48,448 nt of DNA from Bradyrhizobium sp. (GCA_043722155.1 JAYSPJ010000186.1:1-48448), one strand, 5' to 3'; positions 26,675 through 36,059 are shown, counted from the first letter of the stretch. Notes: generated from the sequence alone by a model not told the origin. A program made the numbers and translations.

Positions 26675-28030
26675 ATGGAAACCAAACCGCCTGTTCCGCG
26701 CGCGATCCTGGTCGGCGTCCAGCTCCCTGATGTCGACGATGTCATGCATGCCGCGAGCCTCGGGGAACTCGGCCGCCTGGTGAAGACTCTCGGCTATGAG
26801 GTCGTCGGCACGGTGTCGCAGAAGCGCGTCGATATTGGCGGCGGGACGGTGCTCGGCAAGGGGCGGCTTGAGGAACTCGCGGCGATGACCGGCGGAACCG
26901 GCGTGGTCGAATCGATGGCGCCCACCCGCAAGTCGAAGGCCCGCGATCGCTTTGACGACACCGGCAGGAAGCCCGTTATTCCGTCCACCGAGACCGACGC
27001 GCCGCCGCAGCGGAAACCGGAGTTCGTGATCGTCGATCACGAGATATCGCCGAGCCAGGCCCGCAACCTCGAGCGAGCCACCGGCGCGCAGGTGCTCGAC
27101 CGCACCGGGGTGATCGTCGAGATATTCCATCGCCATGCGCACAGCCGCGAGGCCAAGCTGCAGGTCGAGATCGCGCGGCTGAAATACGTCTCGCCGCGGC
27201 TGCGGGAATCGTCGGGCGGTGGCGGGCGGCAGCAGGGGCCGGGCGCGGGCGAAACCGATCTCGAAGTCGACCGCCGCAAGGTCCGCGACCGCCTCGCGGA
27301 GCTGAAAGAACAACTGGAGAGCATCCAGCGCGATAGCGACGAGCGCCGGTCCGCGCGCCGCGACCAGCTCCGCGTCGCGCTGGTCGGCTACACCAACGCA
27401 GGCAAGTCGTCGCTGATGCGAGCGCTCACCGGCAGCGAGGTGCTGGTCGAGGACAAGCTGTTCGCGACGCTGGACACGACGGTGCGCGCGCTGCAGCCGG
27501 AGACCAGACCGCGCGTGCTGGTCTCGGACACGGTCGGATTCATCAAGAAGCTGCCGCACGATCTCGTCGCCTCGTTCCGCTCCACGCTCGCCGAAGCGCT
27601 GGAAGCGTCGCTGTTGCTGTTCGTCGTCGATGCCTCCGATCCGACTTACGAATCGCAGCTCGAGGTGAGCCGCAACGTGCTCAAGGAGATCGGCGCGGAC
27701 GCCGTTCCGTCGCGCCTGCTGCTGAACAAGATCGATCGCGTGAGCGAAGAAGATCGCGCCGCGCTGTGCGCGAAACATCCCGACGCGATCCTGCTCTCCG
27801 CGACGTCGGCGCAAGACGTGGCCTCGCTGCGCGAGACCATCATCGCGTTCTTCGAGGCCTCGATGGTGGAGGACCAACTGGTGCTGCCCTATGCGAAGCA
27901 GGGACTGCTGAGCGATGTCTATGAGAACGCCCGCGTGCTTTCCGAGGACTACGACGCCACCGGCCGGATCATCAGGGTCCGCGGCCTGCCGGCCGCGATC
28001 GCGCGACTGCGGAGAGCACTGGCGGGTTAG
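26675..28030 (+). CDS. hflX: GTPase HflX (atypical paralog)
   Basis: DRTGVIVEIF, EAKLQVEIARL, GAGETDLEVDRR, G1 GYTNAGKS, LFATLD, G3 DTVGFI, G4 NKID. Confidence 0.92.
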   Translation: METKPPVPRAILVGVQLPDVDDVMHAASLGELGRLVKTLGYEVVGTVSQKRVDIGGGTVLGKGRLEELAAMTGGTGVVESMAPTRKSKARDRFDDTGRKPVIPSTETDAPPQRKPEFVIVDHEISPSQARNLERATGAQVLDRTGVIVEIFHRHAHSREAKLQVEIARLKYVSPRLRESSGGGGRQQGPGAGETDLEVDRRKVRDRLAELKEQLESIQRDSDERRSARRDQLRVALVGYTNAGKSSLMRALTGSEVLVEDKLFATLDTTVRALQPETRPRVLVSDTVGFIKKLPHDLVASFRSTLAEALEASLLLFVVDASDPTYESQLEVSRNVLKEIGADAVPSRLLLNKIDRVSEEDRAALCAKHPDAILLSATSAQDVASLRETIIAFFEASMVEDQLVLPYAKQGLLSDVYENARVLSEDYDATGRIIRVRGLPAAIARLRRALAG

Positions 28031-28073
28031 GGGAGGGAAGCCACCATCGAGGGCCGCTTTGCTCTTCTTGACC

Positions 28074-28835
28074 TTAGGCTGCGTTTGCTAGCCGAATAAT
28101 CCGCTCTTTGCTCTCGTCGTCGTCGATGACGTTCGCGGACCTGGAAAGCACGGTAAGCAGCGTTCCGAGTTCTTTCTTGTTGTGTACCACGGCCACCCGC
28201 TGTGGCGCGTGGTCTTTAAGTAAGGCAATGTCCCCGAACTTCATTGATGCGTTCGCGACGGAATTCGGATGCTTGGTCACCGGCTCAAAGATCGTCGGCC
28301 GTGTGTTCGGCAATCGGACCACAGTAGCGAATTGCCACTTTTGGTTTGAAGCTCCGACAATCTCCACATTCTTACTGACTATCTTCGGTTCGAATACTTG
28401 GATGAGTCGTTCATAGAGGCGTGTCTTACGATCTTCGAATGTCTTCTCGGCGAGCGCGTCGGCCGCTCGCATGGCGGCGTGCTGCGAGCAGTTGGCGATT
28501 GTGACAACCGCGCCAGCAAGTTGCTCTCGCGACGCTTCGAGCAGGAAGAATGCTTGATTGTCGAACTTAACACCGGCTTCCAAAGCTATCGCATGCGCTG
28601 GCTTCGAGTACATCAGACCTGCACCCATCAACTCGGCCTCTTGAAAGCCATAACCGTAGTCAGAGACGAAGAAGCGGTTGTCGCCGTGTTCGATCCTGAC
28701 GACTACTGTTGATCCGCTTGGATACATCAGGGGCGTGCGAATGAACGACCCTCCGACGCGATGCTCCGTGGCAACGATCTCGCGTGCGACGTCGTCTACT
28801 AGGTGATTGAATTTCTGGATGTCAGCGGTGCTCAT
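28074..28835 (-). CDS. Hypothetical protein, DUF1828/DUF1829-like
   Basis: IRTPLMYPSGSTVVV, FFVSDYG N-terminal motifs; IVGASNQKWQF C-terminal motif; ATG 8 nt after the upstream stop. Confidence 0.65.
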   Translation of the reverse strand: MSTADIQKFNHLVDDVAREIVATEHRVGGSFIRTPLMYPSGSTVVVRIEHGDNRFFVSDYGYGFQEAELMGAGLMYSKPAHAIALEAGVKFDNQAFFLLEASREQLAGAVVTIANCSQHAAMRAADALAEKTFEDRKTRLYERLIQVFEPKIVSKNVEIVGASNQKWQFATVVRLPNTRPTIFEPVTKHPNSVANASMKFGDIALLKDHAPQRVAVVHNKKELGTLLTVLSRSANVIDDDESKERIIRLANAA

Positions 28836-28843
28836 GATCTGGT

Positions 28844-29353
28844 TCAGACGAGTGTCGGTTCCCAAGGGGGCACTTCGATCCACTCTATATTCGTGATTCT
28901 GAAGTCTTCCTTCACGAATTCGAGCAGGGCGTCAAAATTCTTCGGGCTTTTAGTCAACGGGACGGCGATTGGAAGGTTTCCGGCCTCGGTAAGCTCCTTA
29001 TGCGCATACTTCCAGTTCAGGTCGAACGGGTGGCGATGGCAGCCATTGATGAGCTTGTTTTGAAACTGCTTTGGGCCGCGTCCCCTATTGTTGTGCCCTC
29101 GCAGCGGCCTCCACTCGATCCGGGCGAGGGGGCCACCGCGTTCGTTCGGTGGATGGTACTCAAGCTGGACCGTCACCAATTCGTCGGGCATGCGCTTTCG
29201 CGCGACGGCTCGGAAGTTCAATCCCTCGATCACGGTCCCGTCGATCTCCAGCGGACAATAGACCTCTAGTAGGTCGCCGTCGCGCTCGCCCCACGCCGGT
29301 TCCACCGCGAGCATCTTCTCCGATGCGAACAAGGTTTCGAGATCTATCGGCAT
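28844..29353 (-). CDS. Hypothetical His-motif protein, DUF6978-like
   Basis: LARIEW...GHNN...INGCHRHPF pattern; same strand and tightly linked to the DUF1828-like gene. Confidence 0.6.
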   Translation of the reverse strand: MPIDLETLFASEKMLAVEPAWGERDGDLLEVYCPLEIDGTVIEGLNFRAVARKRMPDELVTVQLEYHPPNERGGPLARIEWRPLRGHNNRGRGPKQFQNKLINGCHRHPFDLNWKYAHKELTEAGNLPIAVPLTKSPKNFDALLEFVKEDFRITNIEWIEVPPWEPTLV

Positions 29354-29545
29354 ACGGCCCCGTCGGGCCGCCACTCAATATGCGTTCAGCCCTATAGCGC
29401 AACCCGTTGTTGCGGTAACGACAAAATAATTCCCCTTAGTTGGTGGGTGTTCGCCGGAACGAGTCAACAGTTTACCCAGCGGCTAACCCCAGCGAAATCT
29501 GATCTTACCGATGCACCGGATCAACATCTAAGTAGTTGATATCAT

Positions 29546-29622
29546 TGGCGCGCTCGGAGAGATTCGAACTCCCGGCCCTCGGAATCGAAATCCGATGCTC
29601 TATCCAGCTGAGCTACGAGCGC
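29546..29622 (-). tRNA. tRNA-Arg, anticodon TCG
   Basis: 77 nt: GCGCTCG acceptor stem, D-arm GCTC/GAGC with A20, anticodon arm TCGGA-TTTCGAT-TCCGA, T-loop TTCGAAT, encoded CCA. Confidence 0.95.
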
Positions 29623-29954
29623 GTGCGAGGGCTCGATTACCAGACTTGTCCTGACAGGGCCAGCAGTCCGCCGCCGGACCGGCCTGAGGGCTGTGCGTTC
29701 CGGGAACCGGTAGTCTTCCTGCCCAAAAAGAGGGCTGGCTCACTGGTCAATCGGGTGGGGGACTGGCCAGCTGGACCCGATCAGGCGCCAAAGGCCCCAG
29801 AAATTGGGAAAATTGGGCCGCAGGCGCCCATTTTTGGCCCCATCCGGATGCTTAACGAAATCCCAACACACTAACGCCAGAGTCCTGCTCTCTGGTCCCG
29901 ATACGGACCGGATTTCCCGGGTCCCGACAGGCTCCATCCGCGTCCGATCGATCC

Positions 29955-30401
29955 ATGCGCATCACACTTCTGCCTTTGCTGTTGTTCTCGCTGCTGGCCG
30001 CGACGCCGGCGCGCGCCGATCTGCGCATCACCCGCGATCACGGCGGCTACGTCACCGAATACAAGGCGAAGTACGAGCGCATCCGTGACCGCAAGGAGCG
30101 CGTCATTATCGACGGCATCTGCAACTCGGCCTGCACCATGGTGTTCGGCATTGTGCCGATGAACAAGGTGTGCGTGACGCCGCGCGCCAGCCTCGGCTTC
30201 CACCAGGCCTATTACGACAAGGCGTTCACCTTCGGCATCAAGGTCACCAGTTCGGAAGGGACATCGGACCTGATGTCCTATTATCCAAGGCCGGTGAAGG
30301 ACTGGATCAGCCGCAATGGCGGGCTGACCAACGAGATGAAGAAGATCAAGAACGGAACGGATATGTGGAAGATCGTGGATCCCTGTCCGGAAGAGTTCTG
30401 A
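29955..30401 (+). CDS. Hypothetical exported protein (ClpP/crotonase-like IDGxCxSAC motif)
   Basis: Signal peptide ending ARA; DHGG, IIDGICNSACT, LGFHQA. Confidence 0.8.
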   Translation: MRITLLPLLLFSLLAATPARADLRITRDHGGYVTEYKAKYERIRDRKERVIIDGICNSACTMVFGIVPMNKVCVTPRASLGFHQAYYDKAFTFGIKVTSSEGTSDLMSYYPRPVKDWISRNGGLTNEMKKIKNGTDMWKIVDPCPEEF

Positions 30402-30406
30402 TCGTC

Positions 30407-31315
30407 TCAGGCCAGATCGATCGTCCCTGACATGACCGGCACGCAGCGACCACCAATATAGGTCGCGGTGACCGTGCCGTTTTTCTTTTCGGCCGCCGCC
30501 TGCAGGATGCTCGGCCGTCCCATCTCGACGCCTTGCGCGATCGTCTTCGACAAGGAAAGATTCGCCTCCGGGCGCAGGCTGGCGAGCAGGCCGATCAGCG
30601 CGACGTTGGCGGCGCCGGTCGCCGGATCTTCGGGAATGTTGTGGTGTGGCGCGAACATCCGGGCCCGGATGTCGATGCCGGCTTCACGGACCTGGGTGTA
30701 GAGCAGGATGCTGACGGCCGGCTGCTTGCTCACTTCAAGCCGGAACACGTCGCCGTTCGGGCTTGCCTCGATCAGCGCGGTGCGGCTCTTCAGTTCAGCG
30801 AGAATGAACGGGGCGCCGCAGGACGCGATTCGCGGGCTATGATGGATGGTCTCGATATCGGCGGGCGAGATTCCGCAGGCCGATGCCACCAGTTCGCCCG
30901 CAACTTCCGGGCCGACCGAGAGCGGCTGCGGGGAAGCGAGTTTCGAGCCCACCACGATCGCGCCATCCCGCAAAATCTCGATCGGGACCAGCCCGGCCTT
31001 TTCCTCGAAGATGACGCGGTCGCCGCTGACGGGCCGGCCGTAACTGGTGCCGGCGCGCGCCAGCACGAATGCGGTGCCGACGTTGGGATGGCCGGCGAAA
31101 GGCATCTCGCTGCGTGGCGTGAAGATCCGCACTTCGGCGGTATGCGCGGCGTCTTTGGGCGGCAGCACGAAGGTCGTCTCCGCCAGATTGAACTCGGCGG
31201 CGATGGCCTGCATCTGCCCGGTCGACAGTCCCTCGGCGTTGAGGACGACCGCAAGCGGATTGCCGACGAATTGCGTGCCGGTGAATACGTCGACGGTCTG
31301 AAATTGCAAGAGCAT
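30407..31315 (-). CDS. PhzF family epimerase/isomerase
   Basis: VDVF, GNPLAVV, NLAETTF, RIFTP, EMPFAGHP, EDPATG, QGVEMGRPS. Confidence 0.93.
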   Translation of the reverse strand: MLLQFQTVDVFTGTQFVGNPLAVVLNAEGLSTGQMQAIAAEFNLAETTFVLPPKDAAHTAEVRIFTPRSEMPFAGHPNVGTAFVLARAGTSYGRPVSGDRVIFEEKAGLVPIEILRDGAIVVGSKLASPQPLSVGPEVAGELVASACGISPADIETIHHSPRIASCGAPFILAELKSRTALIEASPNGDVFRLEVSKQPAVSILLYTQVREAGIDIRARMFAPHHNIPEDPATGAANVALIGLLASLRPEANLSLSKTIAQGVEMGRPSILQAAAEKKNGTVTATYIGGRCVPVMSGTIDLA

Positions 31316-31324
31316 CAGATCTTC

Positions 31325-31591
31325 CTAAAACGTCACCACGCCGCGAACGGATTCGCCGCGCTTCATCAGTTCGAACGCGTTGTTGATCTCGGCAAGCGGC
31401 ATCACGTGGGTGATCATCGGATCGATCTCGATCTTGCCCCGCATGTACCAGTCGACGATCTTCGGCACGTCGGTAGGGCCGCGGGCGCCGCCGAAGGCGG
31501 TGCCTTTCCAGACCCGGCCGGTCTGCACGGTCGTAACTTCCGGCGGCTTGCCGGCGGCGACGGTGGCGCGAACATCCGTGGTATCCTTCAT
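31325..31591 (-). pseudogene. frmA: S-(hydroxymethyl)glutathione dehydrogenase/class III ADH remnant, in-frame internal deletion
   Basis: N-terminal MKDTTDVRATVAAGKPPEVTTVQ fused directly to C-terminal TGRVWKGTAFGGARG...IDPMITH...INNAFELMKRGESVRGVV; Zn- and NAD-binding core absent. Confidence 0.85.
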
Positions 31592-31675
31592 CTCTTCGAT
31601 CTGCGTTTCCCGGCGAGCGGGCCCGCGGGATTCACGATTGCCGGATAGCATATGTTCAGGCAATCAGGTCTGCAA

Positions 31676-32548
31676 ATGAACAGAGACTTCGAAAATTTGG
31701 CCGAGCGCGCGGCGCCGGCGATTTTTGTGGTGCTCTGGAGCACCGGCTTTATCGGCACCAAATACGTCCTGCACAATGCCGAACCGCTGACCTATCTGGC
31801 GATCCGCATGGTGCTGGTGGTGGGCCTGATGGCGATCATTGTCGCGATCGCGCGGCCGCAATGGCCCGACCGCGCAGGCGTTGCCCACAGCATCGTCGCG
31901 GGGCTCCTGGTGCATGGGTTCTATCTGGGCGGCACTGCGATCGCGATCGCGCATTCGATTCCCGCCGGGCTCTCGGCGCTGATTCCGGGACTGCAGCCGA
32001 TCCTGACCTCGACCCTGGCGAACCGCTGGCTCGGTGAGCGCGTCACGCCGCTGCAATGGACCGGGTTGCTGCTCGGGCTCGCTGGCGTGGTGCTGATCCT
32101 GCACGATCGACCGATGGGCGGGGAGGCCGGCTGGGGCTGGCTGGCCTCCGGCATGTCGCTGGTCAGCATTACCTTAGGGACGCTGTATCAGCGGCGCTAT
32201 TGCGGCAGCATCGACTGGCGTTCCGGCAATCTCGTGCAGTACATCGCGGTCGCGGTCTTCTTCGGCGCCGGGGCGTGGCTGTTCGAGAGCAATGTCGTGC
32301 ACTGGACCGGCGAATTCATGCTGTCGCTGGTCTGGCTGGCGGTGGTGCTGTCGATCGGGTCGATCGGGCTGCTGTACTGGCTGATCCGGCGCTCGGCGGC
32401 GACCTCGGTGGCGAGCCTGTTCTATCTGGTGCCGGCAGTGACCGCCGTCATGGCCTATGTTCTGTTCGACGAACGGCTCGATACCATCGCCATCGTCGGC
32501 ATGGTGGCCTGCGCCGCCGCGGTGTTTCTGGTCAACCGGCGTGCGTGA
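31676..32548 (+). CDS. DMT/EamA family transporter
   Basis: FVVLWSTGFIG, EPLTYLAIR, GLQPILT, LGERV, SLFYLVP. Confidence 0.92.
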   Translation: MNRDFENLAERAAPAIFVVLWSTGFIGTKYVLHNAEPLTYLAIRMVLVVGLMAIIVAIARPQWPDRAGVAHSIVAGLLVHGFYLGGTAIAIAHSIPAGLSALIPGLQPILTSTLANRWLGERVTPLQWTGLLLGLAGVVLILHDRPMGGEAGWGWLASGMSLVSITLGTLYQRRYCGSIDWRSGNLVQYIAVAVFFGAGAWLFESNVVHWTGEFMLSLVWLAVVLSIGSIGLLYWLIRRSAATSVASLFYLVPAVTAVMAYVLFDERLDTIAIVGMVACAAAVFLVNRRA

Positions 32549-32570
32549 GCCTGGCAGGGGGCCTCAAAAC

Positions 32571-32602
32571 AAAAGCCTCCGGGCTTTCACCCGAAGGCCT
32601 TT
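32571..32602. terminator. Probable bidirectional terminator
   Basis: aaaa-gcctccggg-ctttca-cccgaaggc-cttt hairpin between convergent genes. Confidence 0.6.
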
Positions 32603-32622
32603 ACGCGCGGCGCAGGAAGCGG

Positions 32623-32910
32623 TCAGCGCTTCGACTTCTTGGCCTTCTTTTTCTTCCTGGCGGCTTTCTTCGCGGTTTTCTTGACGGCCTTCTTGGCCGA
32701 CTTTTTCGCCGATGATTTCCTGGCGGCTTTCTTACCGGCCTTCTTGGCCTTCTTCTTCGGCGCCGCCTTGGTCACCGCTTTCTTGGCGGGTTTCTTGACC
32801 TTCCTGGCGGCCTTCCTGACCTTCTTGACTACCGTCTTGGCGGCGTCCGCGGTTGCAGCGCTGCTCACTGCGTCCGTTACTTGTTCGAGAACCGGTTTAT
32901 CGTCGTCCAT
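32623..32910 (-). CDS. Lys/Ala-rich histone H1-like protein
   Basis: GGGGA RBS; acidic N-terminus followed by repeated AKK/KKA motifs. Confidence 0.75.
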   Translation of the reverse strand: MDDDKPVLEQVTDAVSSAATADAAKTVVKKVRKAARKVKKPAKKAVTKAAPKKKAKKAGKKAARKSSAKKSAKKAVKKTAKKAARKKKKAKKSKR

Positions 32911-32984
32911 ATCGTCCCCCAGTGTTGTCGAGGCTGTAACGATAGCCGGATTCTCAAATGTGTAAAGCGGACGCCGCGACGTGC

Positions 32985-34439
32985 TCAACCGCGGCGGACT
33001 TTCGCATAGGCCTCGAGCGCGCGCTCGCGTCCTCGTCTGTGATCGATGATGGGCTGCGGATAGCTCGTGCCGAGTTCCACGTTCGCGCCTTTGAGTTCGA
33101 GCGGCGTTGCGCTCCATGGCCGGTGGATCAGGCCGGCCGGCAGTTGCCCGAGTTCGGGCACCCAGCGCCGGACATACGCGCCATCGGGATCGAATTTTTC
33201 ACCCTGCAGGATCGGATTGAACACGCGGAAATAGGGCGCGGCATCCGCGCCGGAGCCGGCCACCCATTGCCAGTTGGCGGGATTGCTGCCGGCGTCGGCA
33301 TCGACCAGCGTGTTCCAGAACCACTTCTCGCCCTCGCGCCAGTCGATCAAGAGATGCTTGACCAGGAACGATGCCACCACCATCCGCACCCGGTTGTGCA
33401 TGGCGCCGGTATGCCAGAGCTGACGCATCCCGGCATCGACGATGGGATAGCCGGTCTGGCCGCGCTGCCACGCCCTCAGCGCCCTGTCGTCGCGCTGCCA
33501 GGGAAATGCATCGAAGGAGGGCTGCAGGTTGCGATCGGCAAGGTCGGGCACGTCGAACAGCAGGTGCCGGCAGAACTCGCGCCAGCCCACCTCACTCAGG
33601 AACTTGTCGATATCCCCCGCCAAAGCAGGCCGCCCGGCCGCGGCAAAGCCCGCGGCGTGCCAGACTTGCCGCGGGCTGATCTCGCCAAAACGCAAGTGCG
33701 GCGACAGCCCCGACGTGCCGTCGCGATCGGGTCGGTCGCGCCGGATGGAATGGCCGGCCACACCGGTTTCAAGAAATGCGTTGAGCCGGGCCTGCGCCGA
33801 ACGCTCGCCCGGCTTCCATGTCTCGCGCAGGCCCCCGGCCCAGTCGGGGTGGGTGGGTTCGAGGCGCCATGTGTCAAGCGTATCGCTCGCGACGTCCGGT
33901 AGTGAAACGAGTTTCTTCGGGGGAGGCAGCGGCTTCGGCGGTTCGCCCAATGACTGCACTCTTCGCCAGAACGGCGTGAATACCCGCAAGCCCCGGCCTT
34001 CCTTGTTACGGATGGCTAAGGGGGCCGCCAGCAGGTCGCCGGGAAAGCTCTGCGATCTGACGCCGAGCTCCGTCAATGCCGCGGCGACCTGGTCGGCGAC
34101 GGCCTGATGCGGCGCCTGTGCGATCTCATTCCAGAACACCGCTCCGGCGTCGAGGTCGCGCGCCAGCCCGGCAATGACCTCTGCCGCCGGCCCCCGTCGC
34201 AGCACCAGCGACGAGCCAACCGAGCCCAGGCTTCCCTGCAGGGTCCGGAGCGATTGAGCCAGCCACCACCGCGCCGCGCCGCCAAGCGGACGCGCCTGCC
34301 CATTGCGCGCTTCGTCGAAGACGTAGAGGCAAATCACGGGCACGCCGGTCTTGGAGGCAGCGTGCAGGGCAGGGTGATCGGAAAGCCGGAGGTCGTCGCG
34401 AAACCAGACGATGCAGGGGAAAGCGGATATGCCGGCCAT
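32985..34439 (-). CDS. phrB: Deoxyribodipyrimidine photolyase (CPD photolyase)
   Basis: [66 protein letters not shown]. Confidence 0.93.
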   Translation of the reverse strand: MAGISAFPCIVWFRDDLRLSDHPALHAASKTGVPVICLYVFDEARNGQARPLGGAARWWLAQSLRTLQGSLGSVGSSLVLRRGPAAEVIAGLARDLDAGAVFWNEIAQAPHQAVADQVAAALTELGVRSQSFPGDLLAAPLAIRNKEGRGLRVFTPFWRRVQSLGEPPKPLPPPKKLVSLPDVASDTLDTWRLEPTHPDWAGGLRETWKPGERSAQARLNAFLETGVAGHSIRRDRPDRDGTSGLSPHLRFGEISPRQVWHAAGFAAAGRPALAGDIDKFLSEVGWREFCRHLLFDVPDLADRNLQPSFDAFPWQRDDRALRAWQRGQTGYPIVDAGMRQLWHTGAMHNRVRMVVASFLVKHLLIDWREGEKWFWNTLVDADAGSNPANWQWVAGSGADAAPYFRVFNPILQGEKFDPDGAYVRRWVPELGQLPAGLIHRPWSATPLELKGANVELGTSYPQPIIDHRRGRERALEAYAKVRRG

Positions 34440-34554
34440 CGGGTGGTCAACTCCAAAGACGCGATTTGGGTCCGCGTGGACAATTCATTGCAACTTTATC
34501 GGCCCCGACACGTACTACAAATCAGGATGCGCCGAAGAGCGCCGGAGGCTGCCC

Positions 34555-34956
34555 GTGAACCGTTATGTCATTCTTTATCTGGCGACGTTGATCGTCATGG
34601 TCCCGATCGACTTTCTGTTTCTTGGCATTGTCGCCAAGGGGTTCTTCAGCTCGCAGGTCGGCGACATGCTGGGCGAGATCAGGTTCGCGCCCGCGGTCCT
34701 GTTCTACCTGCTTTATGTCGTTGGAATCCTGATCTTCGTCAGCGGTGCAGCGGGCGCGACCTGGCGATCGACGTTGCTCTACGGCGCATTGTTCGGCTTC
34801 TTCTGCTATGCGACGTTCGAACTGACGTCATTGTCGTTACTGAAGCACTGGACCTGGCCGGTGGTCTTGGTCGATGTCAGCTGGGGATCGTTCGTCACAG
34901 CGGTCTCGGCGGCATCAGGCCTGCTGATCGCGAACTGGCTTGCGCCGCGAGTTTAG
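34555..34956 (+). CDS. DUF2177 family membrane protein
   Basis: GTG start after GGAGG; PAVLFYLLY, GALFG, YATFELT, VDVSWG. Confidence 0.85.
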   Translation: MNRYVILYLATLIVMVPIDFLFLGIVAKGFFSSQVGDMLGEIRFAPAVLFYLLYVVGILIFVSGAAGATWRSTLLYGALFGFFCYATFELTSLSLLKHWTWPVVLVDVSWGSFVTAVSAASGLLIANWLAPRV

Positions 34957-34962
34957 CCCTTT

Positions 34963-35007
34963 ATGCGAGCCATTGGGTACGCATTGGCGCGACCCGTTGG
35001 CTCGCAT
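34963..35007. repeat. Intergenic inverted repeat/hairpin
   Basis: atgcgagcca...tggctcgcat stem between convergent genes. Confidence 0.65.
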
Positions 35008-35021
35008 GAAGTCGGTAGATG

Positions 35022-35681
35022 TTACTTCGGCTGCGGCACGATCCGTAAGTAGGGCTTCGGCGCCTTCCAGCCCTGCGGATAGATGGTCTTGGCCTCGTCG
35101 TCGGTGACGGAGCCTGCGATGATGACGTCGTCGCCCTGTTTCCAGTCGGCCGGCGTCGCCACGCGATGCTTCGCGGTCATCTGCAGCGAATCTATCACGC
35201 GCAGGATCTCCTGGAAATTACGCCCGGTGGTCATCGGATAGACCAGCACCAGTTTGATCTTCTTGTCCGGCCCGATGACGAAGACGTTACGCACGGTCTG
35301 GTTGTCGGCCGCGGTTCGCGTCGCGGGATCGCCTGACGTCGAGGCCGGCAGCATGTCGTAGAGTTTCGAGACGTTGAAGTCGGTATCGCCGATCATCGGA
35401 TAATTCGGCGCCGTGCCCTGTGTCTCCCTGATGTCTTCGGACCACTTCGCATGCCGGTCGACGGGATCGACGCTTAGCCCCATCAGCTTGACGCCGCGCT
35501 TGTCGAATTCGGGTTTCAGCCTGGCCAGCGCGCCAAGCTCGGTGGTGCAGACCGGGGTGAAATCCTTCGGGTGCGAGAACAGGAGCGCCCAGCTGCTGTC
35601 GATCCAGTCATGAAATTTGATTTTTCCGTCGGTGGTTTCCGCCTCGAAATCCGGGGCGACAGCGCCAATCTGGAGAGCCAT
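35022..35681 (-). CDS. 1-Cys peroxiredoxin (Prx6 type)
   Basis: FSHPKDFTPVCTTE, YPMTTGRN, VATPADW. Confidence 0.95.
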   Translation of the reverse strand: MALQIGAVAPDFEAETTDGKIKFHDWIDSSWALLFSHPKDFTPVCTTELGALARLKPEFDKRGVKLMGLSVDPVDRHAKWSEDIRETQGTAPNYPMIGDTDFNVSKLYDMLPASTSGDPATRTAADNQTVRNVFVIGPDKKIKLVLVYPMTTGRNFQEILRVIDSLQMTAKHRVATPADWKQGDDVIIAGSVTDDEAKTIYPQGWKAPKPYLRIVPQPK

Positions 35682-36059
35682 TTTACGACCTCATGTCATT
35701 CAAGTTACAGGTGAATTCGTCCTTGCCACTATAGCGGGCGGTGGGCGTCAAGTGAACGGGGGCGCGGCAAAAGGGTAGATCCTTCTCCGCGCGCCGGAAC
35801 TCGTAGCATTTTCTTGCGATCCGCGCCCGTGCGGCGAAAACACCACGGTGGCCGCAAGCGTCCGGCTTGCCCCGATATTGCCGTTTATCGCGCCCATCAC
35901 GCCCCGCCGCGGTTGCGATCCGCCGGAACCATGACGGAGGTCACAGCGACTAATTGGCAACCATCCAAAAAACTCGCGACCCGGTTTTCGATTCGTTAAC
36001 CACTCGTTTACGCCCGCATGAAAATGCTGAACCAGAACAAGAAAATGAGAAGTGTACCA

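Larger units (their letters stand above)
26448..29574. mobile_element. tRNA-Arg-anchored genomic islet (no integrase visible)
   Basis: Flanked by direct repeats of the tRNA 3' end; carries hflX and a visibly lower-GC two-gene cassette. Confidence 0.7.

Noticed and set aside
26448-29574. Prophage or active integrative element at tRNA-Arg
   Set aside because: No integrase, replication or structural genes, and the att copy is degenerate; reported only as a remnant islet
29536-29874. 112-aa ORF overlapping the tRNA
   Set aside because: Antisense translation of the tRNA gene and its upstream region
30407-31315. Phenazine or antibiotic biosynthesis cluster suggested by the PhzF and ABM family names
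   Set aside because: Both families are widespread stand-alone enzymes, and no other phz, PKS or NRPS genes are in the window
32639-32965. Phe/Leu/Ala-rich ORF that looks like a membrane protein
   Set aside because: It is the antisense reading of the Lys/Ala-rich H1-like gene
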